DNA of 64,000 nucleotides, from the NCBI RefSeq assembly GCF_006345805.1, contig NC_042999.1, forward strand, positions 39,928,001-39,992,000, in the 5' to 3' direction. Under the pieces are notes generated by a model. That model did no database searches. It had not been told where the DNA came from and saw only the letters and a program-made list of their open reading frames with translations. Origin of the DNA: Octopus sinensis (lineage: Eukaryota). Numbering within the stretch: the stretch's first letter is position 1; each line of letters starts with the position of its first letter. The position numbers were made by a program, and so were the translations under genes. This document shows, piece by piece, positions 27,947 through 38,945 of the stretch.

Positions 27947-28299
27947 TCACACACGTACAAACACACATAACTATATAAGCCAGAATGGGCGCGTATATAT
28001 GTGCGTGTGTTGTTGTTGTTGTTTTTGTGTGTGTGCGGGGGGGGGTGCGTGTCTGTGTGTGTGTGTATGTATCAAAACAGTTTGATTCGAATTCGTTTAT
28101 ACACCTAATGAAAGCCTCAGCCATTTTGAATTTGATTCAGATTGTTTTGATCCATACATATAACAGACGAAAACATGAGTTGATTGCCCTGCATTCGTTT
28201 GTCCACTCACTCCTACACACACACACACACGCACACATGTAGGAATTTAGTTCAATTAATGCTTAATTATAATAGGTTTCATGCAAATTATAAGATGAC

Positions 28300-28893
28300 C
28301 TGGCAATATGTCGTATACAATGTTTTGAGCGGCACTGGTACTTCGAAAGCAGACGAGCGTCGCGGGAAGGCGATGAGCGTCCTGGAAAACCTACTACAAA
28401 CGTCACACCCGGATACGTAGTAATGTACATCGAGATTTCGTCCCGTAGTTCTATTGTAACGTTTTGAAGCGTCTGGCGGGAGTGCATTTAGCAAAAGCCA
28501 CCGGGTCTGTGGCGCGCGAAGAATTGGATTCTTCACGATGACAATGTATCCTGTCACTAAGATCTCCTCACTCGTAGGTTCATCAACAAAGACCACATGA
28601 TGTCGCTACGCACGCACCCTATTCGTCAGGGGTTGGCACCTGCGGACTTCCATCTCTTCCCCAAGATGTAAAAGCAGCTTAGAGATCGCAGTTTTAACAC
28701 AGTTGTCGACATTGTAGAAGGTCCTCCACTCGCTTACGGAAAAACGCCTTCCAGGTCGAATTCCAAAAGTGGCAAGAACGCTGGCATCATTGTATTGCTG
28801 CACAAGGTGACTCTTTCGAAGTGTTTAACTTTTGTTGTTGTTTTTTTTTGTATTAAACATAATTAGTCCGAATCCTGTTGATACCACTCAGTA
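28300..28893 (+). mobile_element. Degraded mariner, same family as 5083-6050, with 3' TIR
   Basis: WILHDDN and LAPADFHLFPKM motifs; terminal TTGATACCACTCAGTA resembles the reverse complement of the TIR at 5081. Confidence 0.85.
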
Positions 28894-29247
28894 ACTTAAG
28901 CAGATTTATGGCTAATCCAAACAACAAACTCTTCAGGCATCCGGATGCCTGTTGAAGTTCACAAACTAGACAGAATCAAGGAATGTGAAGATGAAGTACA
29001 TGTAATAACTTAAATTATGTAATCTAGGATTACGGATATTCTTTATTTCTCTCTCCCCGGGGAGAAAATAGGTAGCTGTCGTGGAAAACTCAATAATATG
29101 ATACGCTTGCTTAGCTATTCCAGAAAAATAGTATAGGAGATTCTATTTATTTACTACTTGTTTCTATGACGAAATTATAGATAAAATATTATAAATGATA
29201 GCAGTTTGCTATTTATTCTCTCTTTTTATTATATATATATATATATA

Positions 29248-29640
29248 TACTCTTTTACTTGTTTCAGTCATTTGACTGCGGCCATGCTGGAGCACCGCCT
29301 TTAGTCGAGCAAATCGCCTCCCCAGGACTTATTCTTTGGAAGCCTAGTACTTATTCTACCAGTCTCTTTTGCCAAACCGCTAAGTTACGAGGACGTAAAC
29401 ACACCACCATCGGTTGACAAGCGATGTTGGGGGGACAAACACAGACACAAAAACACACACACATATATATATACATATATACGACGGGCTTCTTTCAGTT
29501 TCCGTCTACCAAATCCACTCACAAGGCTTTGGTCGGCCCGAGGCTATAGTAGAAGACACTTGCCTAAGTTGCCACGCAGTTGGGACTGAACCCGGAACCA
29601 TGTAGTTGGTAAGCAAGCTACATACCACACAGCCACTCCT
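29248..29640 (-). mobile_element. Full-length SINE family A
   Basis: Best-preserved family A copy; minus-strand head AGGAGTGGCTGTGTGGTATGTAGCTTGCTTACCAACTACATGGTTCCGGGTTCAGTCCC. Confidence 0.9.
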
Positions 29641-29927
29641 TATATTATATCTATATAATTTGAAAAAAAAATTCCAAATCAATTAGGTGTAGACCTACAA
29701 CGTTATATGCATCTGCATATCGTACTTATTCATCGTATATTTGTATATTTATCTGTAAATATAGAAAGTACCTGATAAAAGTCAATATTCAATTTTGGGG
29801 GATTAATCGATATGCGAGTATTCTATTTCAGATAATACAGAAGTAACCTAATGAGTATATCTTACAGTAAACTATCGGCATCAGCTTGCACATCATGAAT
29901 TAATAATAAAAATGATATAACCACACA

Positions 29928-30008
<81 letters not shown>

Positions 30009-30264
30009 GTTCAAGGAGGAACCACTCATAACTATCTTTGATAGTCATCTTCAATACTACGTTTACTCAGGTGCTCATCAAACGGTCGTTGTAGTTATAA
30101 ACCACACTGAGCCCTTACTGTACAGTACTTTGTCATCCGATGTAAACCCTTGATATATATATATATATATATATATATGTATAAGGGTGAAAAGGAACAC
30201 ACGAGTTGATATAAATGAAAAAACAAGTCAAAAATAGAAAATGCTAAAATAATTTTATAGTGAA

Positions 30265-30312
30265 CATTTCAGTACCGGTTTCGGTCATTTTGAGACCTTT
30301 TCAACTGTAACG
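30265..30312 (-). ncRNA. Minimal type I hammerhead ribozyme motif (U3-A8 variant), left arm
   Basis: Exact reverse complement of 36529-36576. Confidence 0.75.
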
Positions 30313-30660
30313 ATTAAATAATTAAAGTTAGAAAAATTAGAAGAAAAGTTTTTTTAAAAGAATATTTCTATAGTTGTGTTCAGATTTAAGTGGCATTCTG
30401 CCTTTCTCTGACTCCCTTGTTTGCACTTGTGTGTCGGAGGTCGTTGTGAGTTCTTGGTAGGGTAGTAGAGGAAGAAGGCTTGTGAGGAAAGGGGGGTGGG
30501 AGAATCTGGGAGTGCCCTGATGGTCGTATTTTGAATGGTCAGTGGCGGTTGGCAGTCTCAGTTCAATTCAGGAGAATATTTATATTGACAGGCTTGTTTA
30601 TAGAATTAGCGTAGGTGTTATACTAAAAATCATTAGTGACAAAGTTAAGGGGTAGGGGGT

Positions 30661-30900
30661 GGAGAAGTAGAAGAAGAAGAAGAAGAAGAAGAAGAAGAAG
30701 AAGAAGGAGAAGGAGAAGATGACGATGATGGTGATGGTGGTGATGATTATGACGACGATGATGATGATAATGATGATGATGAAGAAGAAGAAGGGGGAGA
30801 AGAAGATGGTGGTGATGATGGTGGTGATGATGATGACGACGATGATGATGATAATGATGATGATGAAGAAGAAGAGGAAGAAGAAGAAGAAGAAAAAAAC
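30661..30900. repeat. (GAA)n/(GAT)n compound microsatellite inside the PLE 3' UTR, mirrored at about 35930-36180
   Basis: Direct reading; includes an internal duplication of about 85 bp present in both arms. Confidence 0.9.
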
Positions 30901-31021
30901 AGAGAAGGGAGAATATGAATGGGTGTAAGTATAGCTATGAAGGGGCTGATTAGTAATGGATTCTATGGAGTGTAATATTTGTGTGTGTATATATATTTTT
31001 CTTTTATTCTAAAGTTGAGGT

Positions 31022-31930
31022 ACATTAATTGTTTGTCGTAGACCCGTTTAGAAGTGGATTGTATTTTGTAATAAAGAGATTTTCTTTACTTATTCGTTGT
31101 CTCGAGGTTGTATCGTCCCTAAATTGGTAGAGGGGGAAAATTCTGAAGTTTGGTGTTTTTTTGTTGGCGCAAGTATCTATGTGTTGGCTAAAAGCTATTT
31201 TTCTGTTTTGGGGAATTTTTATCTGGGATCTGTGCAGGGCCATTCGTTTACGCAAACCATTTTTTGTTTGGCCTATGTACTGCTCTTAACACCCGGAGCA
31301 GGTTAGTGAGTATATTAGGTTCTCCGAAGCACATGTGAAGTTGCTTTTCACTGTAAACCGTTGTCCCTGTTTGAAGGAGAACTCTGATCCCTCAATTAGA
31401 TAGTCGCATATCCCGCAACTGGGTCTTCCACATTTTTTTACTGTCGGCTTCTGTGTTGAGGAGTGAATTCGGGCTTGTGTAAGGAGACTTTTCATGGATC
31501 TAGGCTGTCTTTTGCTTATTATGATCGTGTGTGTTTGGAGGATTGTGTTCATTCTGTGGTCTTTTTTTAGGAGGGGTATGTTGTGGAGGATGGTGTCGAA
31601 GGCTTCGTTATTGAGAGGGTTGTGTGTGGAGATGTATGGTAAGGCTTTTGGTTGTAAGTTTTTCTTTGATTTGGGATGTCTCAGTTCCTTGATTTTAAGT
31701 TGAAGGGCACGTTGAATGCACTTGTCAATAAGTGAAGGTGGATAGTTCCTGGTGATTAGGGTATCTTTTAGTTCTTGTAGTCGTGTGTCTCTGGTGTTTG
31801 CGTTAGAGACTATAGTGCATATCCTTTTTGCTAGATTGAAGGGGATATTCATCCTGGTGTGTCTGGGGTGGCATGAATTGAATGGAAGATATTGCTTAGA
31901 GTCTGTAGGCTTATAGTATATGTCTGTTTC
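31022..31930 (-). pseudogene. PLE RT thumb, CxxxxCxxC linker and GIY-YIG endonuclease (left arm; one in-frame TAA)
   Basis: ETDIYYKPTDSKQYLPFNSCHP...KCGRPSCGICDY...NLIYSLTCSGC*EQYIGQTKNGLRKRMALH...FSQHIDTC...KYNPLLN. Confidence 0.92.
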
Positions 31931-31932
31931 TA

Positions 31933-32463
31933 TTATATTATTCCATCGTGAATGGATGTTACGTCCAGTCCGTTTAAAATTTTCTGGAATTCTATGAGTT
32001 TTTCTATATTTTTATGCCAAAGGATGAAACAGTCATCTAGATATCTCTTCCAGTTGTTTTCTATGTAGATGGAGAAAGGGCTGCCATATCTTTCTAGAAC
32101 CTTACGATACAGACTGATCTCTAGGTATCCTATGACTAGGTTGGCAAAGGAGGGGGCCATTCGTGTACCCATCGCAGTCCCCGATTTTTGTCGGTAGCAG
32201 TTGTCATTGAAGGCGAAGAAGTTATTTTCCAGGATGAATTTAACCCCTTCTATCACAAATTCTTTTTTGATGCGGTGTGGTAGTTCGTTGGCGTGATTCT
32301 CTAGCCAGAATTGGATTGCCTCTAGTCCTAGGTTGTGGGGGATATTGGAGTAGAGGTTGACTACATCGAAGGATACCAGTATGGTGTTTTTGTTTATAGT
32401 ATTCGGTAGGTGATTGAGCATATCTAAGTCGTCCCTTATATAGCTTTTGACATGTTTGAGGAG
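31933..32463 (-). pseudogene. PLE reverse transcriptase, C-terminal half (left arm)
   Basis: ILVSFDVVNLYSNIP, QKSGTAMGTRMAPSFANL, RYLDDCF. Confidence 0.95.
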
Positions 32464-33571
32464 AACAATGAAGAAGCAGATACGAAAAATACAACCTCCG
32501 AAATTGTCGAAAACCTTGGAAACTTATGCGAAACAATTAGAACATTTTTCTCTAACAACGCTAACCAAGGACCTCCAAACGCGTCAATATATGGGATCAA
32601 TACTCTAACAACATACCAAATGAAACACCACATAATACCACAATGGAACAAATCACTCAGAGATAGAAAGTTCGCCTTTTGGAAGATGATCCAAAACAAC
32701 AACAAAGCGGATATATACGAAAAATGGCTCAACCGGACCCCGTTAATCCTCCCACGTAAATTCCAGTTCAAAGCTATTACAGAAGAACCTGAAACACAAA
32801 GACACCTCAGGGAGAGAATGGCACTGGAAAAAATAAAATGGAAATAGAACTTCTGAAATTGAGGGCCCAAACGAATGAGGATAAAATAAAATCCACCGAT
32901 GAAGATATCAACGAAGAAATTCGCAAAATGACCCAAGGCCCAGATCAAGAGAAGTTCTCCAAACTATGGAAAGAGGACTGTGAAAAAGAAGAACTAAAAT
33001 CTCTCCAACGCTGGGAGAAAAGCGCCACTTGGTTCTCAGACTATGAAGCCGTCTTTCAAACAGAGCTGCCTCCAACAACCCTTTCCAGAAAATAAGAAAA
33101 CCAAAACAACACCCAAACACCGATACACACCTGTCTAAAAATCGGAACCTTCACTACTATCAAAAAAAGAATACAGGACCTAACCCTAACTCTGTAAGCA
33201 GCCAGCGATACAACATCAGGAATACCCCCACTTCAAGCAGAGAAAGGATAAATCAACACCCACAGCATAGACACTGCAACCTCATCCCCACCCAAAGGAG
33301 TTACCAACGAAATCTTCGTCCCATTAACCGGTTAAACAACCAAGCACAACAAACCCACACCACGTGCAATGATTACCAACGAAGGCCTCCTAGAACACCA
33401 CACCCGAATATGGGATATCGGGATGCTCTCCTCAATACTGCTCCAAGAACACACACCATAAATCACAACAGGAGACCCCTAATCAACAAAGAACAACTAT
33501 ATACTAGCTACCGTCCCAACCACCGCATTCATTTTTTAGACCCAATACGCAAACACAGAGACACAAGATAG
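32452..33571 (+). pseudogene. PLE upstream ORF1, 5'-truncated, about 370 codons, broken by two 1-nt shifts
   Basis: Frame 1 (32452-32847) to frame 3 (32838-33060) to frame 2 (open 33047-33571, hand-translated) joins via single-base losses in A runs; helical Trp/charged N-half, N/Q/R/P-rich C-half ending ...RIHFLDPIRKHRDTR*. Confidence 0.7.
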
Positions 33572-34893
33572 CACCAAACAAGCAGGAGGAACCAAAAGTA
33601 ATAAAAATTATTAATCTAACTCACAAGGAACTAACAGCAAACCAAATAAACATACTTTCCAAAGGACTCAAGTTTATACCCACCCCACAACACCCCAACT
33701 ACAATGAAATGAAAGAAGACATCGCAGAATTCTGCAGAAAATTAAGACTTACTGAGGAGCTATACGATAAATACAACGAGGACGAATCGTTAGCCAGAAA
33801 TAGGAGTAACTACACCCCCTCGAAAGGTAAGAATAAAACACTTGATGATTTCTGTGACCACATATCAAATTACCCATATCAACATATGCACAAACAAAAA
33901 CACAAACCAAACTTCAGCAAAAAAGAATGGGCTGAGTTGAACAAATTAAAACTAGATAAAACAATAACAATCAAAGAGGCCGATAAAGGGAGTGCTGTTG
34001 TCTTAATGGATACGACATTTTACATAACTTTGGTACTTTCTATGCTGGAAGACACAAAATACTATGAAAAGGCACAAAACTACAGTCAACAAAAAATAAT
34101 GAGGGAACTAAAATCCATATTAAACCCATACAAAGCAGGGCTCACCGACAAAGAATATGATTATATGACCAATTTCACAAGTAAAACTAGCCAATTCTAC
34201 GGTATACCTAAGATCCACAAAAGTGAAAAAATAAGCAACGCATGCAAGATAGCTACAGACAAAATAATTAAAGTCCCTAATCCTAATGACCTCAAATTGA
34301 GACCCATAATAGCAGGTCCCGCATGCGAAACCCACCGCCTCAGTAACTTTTTAGACACCCTGTTAAAACCACTCCTCAAACATGTCAAAAGCTATATAAG
34401 GGACGACTTAGATATGCTCAATCACCTACCGAATACTATAAACAAAAACACCATATCCTTCGATGTAGTCAACCTCTACTCCAATATCCCCCACAACCTA
34501 GGGCTAGAGGCAATCCAATTCTGGCTAGAGAATCACGCCAACGAACTACCACACCGCATCAAAAAAGAATTTGTGATAGAAGGGGTTAAATTCATCCTGG
34601 AAAATAACTTTTTCGCCTTCAATGACAACTTCTACCGACAAAAATCGGGGACTGCGATGGGTACACGAATGGCCCCCTCCTTTGCCAACCTAGTCATAGG
34701 ATACCTAGAGATCAGTCTGTATCGTAAGGTTCTAGAAAGATATGGCAGCCCTTTCTCCATCTACATAGAAAACAACTGGAAGAGATATCTAGATGACTGT
34801 TTCATCCTTTGGCATAAAAATATAGAAAAACTCATAGAATTCCAGAAAATTTTAAACGGACTGGACGTAAACATCCAATTCACGATGGAATAA
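33508..34893 (+). CDS. PLE reverse transcriptase (open frame; C-terminally truncated by a deletion)
   Basis: LSKGLKFIPTP, IKEADKGSAVVLMD, FYGIPKIHK, LRPII, SFDVVNLYSNIP, GTAMGTRMAPSFAN, RYLDD, IQFTME; first ATG only at 33709. Confidence 0.95.
   Translation, partial: LPSQPPHSFFRPNTQTQRHKIAPNKQEEPKVIKIINLTHKELTANQINILSKGLKFIPTPQHPNYNEMKEDIAEFCRKLRLTEELYDKYNEDESLARNRSNYTPSKGKNKTLDDFCDHISNYPYQHMHKQKHKPNFSKKEWAELNKLKLDKTITIKEADKGSAVVLMDTTFYITLVLSMLEDTKYYEKAQNYSQQKIMRELKSILNPYKAGLTDKEYDYMTNFTSKTSQFYGIPKIHKSEKISNACKIATDKIIKVPNPNDLKLRPIIAGPACETHRLSNFLDTLLKPLLKHVKSYIRDDLDMLNHLPNTINKNTISFDVVNLYSNIPHNLGLEAIQFWLENHANELPHRIKKEFVIEGVKFILENNFFAFNDNFYRQKSGTAMGTRMAPSFANLVIGYLEISLYRKVLERYGSPFSIYIENNWKRYLDDCFILWHKNIEKLIEFQKILNGLDVNIQFTME
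33532..33538 (+). promoter_or_regulatory. Candidate -1 ribosomal frameshift heptamer U_UUU_UUA linking ORF1 to RT
   Basis: CAT TTT TTA GAC in the ORF1 frame; a -1 slip enters the RT frame, which is closed upstream by TAG at 33505-33507. Confidence 0.5.
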
Positions 34894-35805
34894 TATAATA
34901 GAAACAGACATATACTATAAGCCTACAGACTCTAAGCAATATCTTCCATTCAATTCATGCCACCCCAGACACACCAGGATGAATATCCCCTTCAATCTAG
35001 CAAAAAGGATATGCACTATAGTCTCTAACGCAAACACCAGAGACACACGACTACAAGAACTAAAAGATACCCTAATCACCAGGAACTATCCACCTTCACT
35101 TATTGACAAGTGCATTCAACGTGTCCTTCAACTTAACATCAAGGAACTGAGACATCCCAAATCAAAGAAAAACTTACAACCAAAAGCCTTACCATACATC
35201 TCCACACACAACCCTCTCAATAACGAAGCCTTCGACACCATCCTCCACAACATACCCCTCCTAAAAAAAGACCACAGAATGAACACAATCCTCCAAACAC
35301 ACACGATCATAAAAAGCAAAAGACAGCCTAGATCCATGAAAAGTCTCCTTACACAAGCCCGAATTCACTCCTCAACACAGAAGCCGACAGTAAAAAAATG
35401 TGGAAGACGCAGTTGCGGGATATGCGACTATCTAATTGAGGGATCAGAGTTCTCCTTCAAATGGGACAACGGTTTACAGTGAAAAGCAACTTCACATGTG
35501 CTTCGGAGAACCTAATATACTCACTAACCTGCTCCGGGTGTCAAGAGGCAGTACATAGGCCAAAAAAAAATGGTTTGCGTAAACGAATGGCCCTGCACAG
35601 ATCCCAGATAAAAATTCCCCAAAACAGAAAAATAGCTTTTAGCCAACACATAGATACTTGCGCCAACAAAAAAACACCAAACTTCAGAATTTTCCCCCTC
35701 TACCAATTTAGGGACGATACAACCTCGAGACAACGAATAAGTAAAGAAAATCTCTTTATTACAAAATACAAGCCACTTCTAAACGGGTCTACGACAAACA
35801 ATTAA
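34889..35805 (+). pseudogene. PLE thumb, Zn-linker and GIY-YIG endonuclease (right arm; two frameshifts)
   Basis: NNIIETDIYYKPTDSKQYLPFNSCHP...KCGRRSCGIC; frameshifts near 35461 and 35548; LIY...YIG motif recoverable by comparison with the left arm. Confidence 0.92.
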
Positions 35806-36528
35806 TATACCTCAAATTTAGAATAAAAGAAAAATATATATACACACACAAATATTACACTCCATAGAATCCATTACTAATCAGCCCCTTCATAGCTATA
35901 CTTACACTCATTCATATTCTCCCTTCTCTGTTTTTTCTTCTTCTTCTTCTTCCTCTTCTTCTTCATCATCATCATTATCATCATCATCGTCGTCATCATC
36001 ATCACCACCATCATCACCACCATCTTCTCCTTCTCCCCCTTCTTCTTCTTCATCATCATCATTATCATCATCATCGTCGTCATAATCATCACCACCATCA
36101 CCATCATCGTCATCTTCTCCTTCTCCTTCTTCTTCTTCTTCTTCTTCTTCTTCTTCTTCTTCTTCTTCTTCTACTTCTCCACCCCCTACCCCTTAACTTT
36201 GTCACTAATGATTTTTAGTATAACACCTACGCTAATTCTATAAACAAGCCTGTCAATATAAATATTCTCCTGAATTGAACTGAGACTGCCAGCCGCCACT
36301 GACCATTCAAAATACGACCATCAGGGCACTCCCAGATTCTCCCACCCCCCTTTCCTCACCAGCCTTCTTCCTCTACTACCCTACCAAGAACTCACAACGA
36401 CCTCCGACACACAAGTGCAAACAAGGGAGTCAGAGAAAGGCAGAATGCCACTTAAATCTGAACACAACTATAGAAATATTCTTTTAAAAAAACTTTTCTT
36501 CTAATTTTTCTAAATTTAATTATTTAAT

Positions 36529-36576
36529 CGTTACAGTTGAAAAGGTCTCAAAATGACCGAAACCGGTACTGAAATG
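36529..36576 (+). ncRNA. Minimal type I hammerhead ribozyme motif (U3-A8 variant), right arm
   Basis: Stem I CGUUACAG/CUGAAAUG; core UUGAAAA (36537-36543); stem II GGUC/GACC; GAAA (36559-36562); palindromic stem III ACCGGU; predicted cleavage after A36568. Confidence 0.75.
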
Positions 36577-36621
36577 TTCACTATAAAATTATTTTAGCAT
36601 TTTCTATTTTTGACTTGTTTT

Positions 36622-36698
<77 letters not shown>

Positions 36699-37941
36699 TG
36701 TGTGTTATGAATTTATGGAATGAAATCCCATAAAACTCATCAATTTTGATAACAATTGAGAAAAGATGTTAAAATATATAAGAGAATATCAATTCATGCA
36801 GACGATCGTTCCGTACAACGATATGAAAATAATGCAAATTGGTGGTTGAATAGAATTAACTAAATTAATTAGATTAAATTAAATTGATATTTCTGTACTC
36901 TTCTGTTAAAGAAGTATAATCAAAATGTTTACAAAGGACTTGAGAAAGGAAAACATATATAAGAGATACATATTTTCGATTATGAGAAAGAAAGGCATGT
37001 GTGAGCCCAGTTAGGTATTCTTTACATGAACACCACCCTGTACTTAACTCCATGTCCCCCTACATGGCATTGCTATTTGCTTTTGAGCCAAACTAACTAA
37101 CTAACTAACTAACTAAAAGTGATGCAGCCAGCATTACAAGTCAGCACTGTATTTGCCTTGCAACAATAATAGTTCAAGGAGAAAAAGTAAGTTAGGCATT
37201 GTTGGAAAGGGATCTCAAAACTTAAACGGATATGATTAAATCTTGTAATTCATTTTCTATGCTTTATTTATTTTTGATATGTAGTGTAATATTATAAAAT
37301 AGAAGAGAAAGAAAAAAAGAGAAAATCTGGAATACTAACGTAATTTAGCCTGAATCAGGGAAATGAATCCCGAGTAAAGGTGAAAAGTGACAGAATATGA
37401 AAAAGGAGTTATAAAGTTATAAAGGAAGAACATAAAGAGAGAAAGCAGAATGTAGAAATGAATATAAATGATGAAGAAATTCAGAAATGATTTGAGATTA
37501 GGAAACAGGAAAAAAGAAGTAATGTTCCAACTAAACCCCAATGAGCCCTGATCAGCGCCTATACAAACAGTTTTTAATATAAAAGAAATGTTTTGCCCCT
37601 ACAGGAATACAAGGATTTCAGAAATGGCAAAATGCCATTTCCTTTACTACGTATTTGTGATTATCTTGTCTTTTTCTTTTATGTGTTCCTTTATTTATTC
37701 TGTCTCTGCATTCTTGGAAATCATTCAAAACGCAAGGTTTGAAGTCCTTTAAGAAAGCAAAGATAAATTGACAATGTAGCGAATAAATACTGTGATATTA
37801 AGATAAGTAATACAATAATATCGAGTATGCGTACACTCACACGTATTTATATTGGCTTACTGGGTACGAATATGCATAAACATACATGCAAACATAAATA
37901 TCTAAACTCTCTTTCTATCTGTATTTCTGGGTATCTATCTT

Positions 37942-38027
<86 letters not shown>

Positions 38028-38028
38028 A

Positions 38029-38082
<54 letters not shown>

Positions 38083-38117
38083 ATATATATATATAATATA
38101 TATATATATATACGTAC

Positions 38118-38171
<54 letters not shown>

Positions 38172-38263
38172 ATTTATATATATACATACATATATATATA
38201 TATATACGTACATATATATATATATATGTATATATATATGTATATATATGTGTATATGTATGT

Positions 38264-38313
<50 letters not shown>

Positions 38314-38705
38314 CATAAATGTTTGTGAGCGTGTGATTTAATGATTTAATGATGTTTTTGTGTGAATATATGTAAATATGTTTCAATGAACGCACACACA
38401 CACATGTAAAATATTTTAGCACCATTTTATTTTTACTTATTTTAACACTTCAGTATGTAATATTATATTTTCCCTAAACCTTCCATGGTTAACGCTACCA
38501 CTAGCATCAAGCACCATGTTCACCACAGGCATCTCCACATTCCCCCACTATGACATTTATCACCACCGTTACCACCAACAAAACGATCAAAACCGCTATC
38601 TGGAAGCGATATTAAGCAATCCCCTCCCTAACCATACTGTTGGCCTTGTGCCTACATTTGGAATATAAACAACAGCACCAACAACAACACCAACACAAAC
38701 AACAA

Positions 38706-38707
<2 letters not shown>

Positions 38708-38784
<77 letters not shown>

Positions 38785-38869
38785 CATTATTTTTTTCTTC
38801 TGATTATTATCGCCATCATCATCATCATCATCATCATTATCTTCATTATTATTATTATTATTATTATTA

Positions 38870-38944
<75 letters not shown>

Positions 38945-38945
38945 G
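38708..38945. repeat. (AAT)n followed by (CAT)n/(ATT)n, mutually complementary tracts
   Basis: Direct reading. Confidence 0.95.

Larger units (their letters stand above)
30183..36629. mobile_element. Penelope-like retroelement (Neptune-type) composite with ~2.25-kb inverted arms
   Basis: About 30210-32463 is the reverse complement of 34372-36629; RT and GIY-YIG domains present; both outer ends abut (TA)n. Confidence 0.95.

Noticed and set aside
29560-29640. tRNA-like sequences with A/B boxes (SINE heads, also 13873, 25689, 44681)
   Set aside because: No complete cloverleaf; they continue into SINE bodies, so not tRNA genes.
30719-30928. Met/Lys-rich ORF and its mirror at 35877-36113
   Set aside because: Translation of the (GAT)/(GAA) microsatellite in the PLE 3' UTR, antisense to the element.
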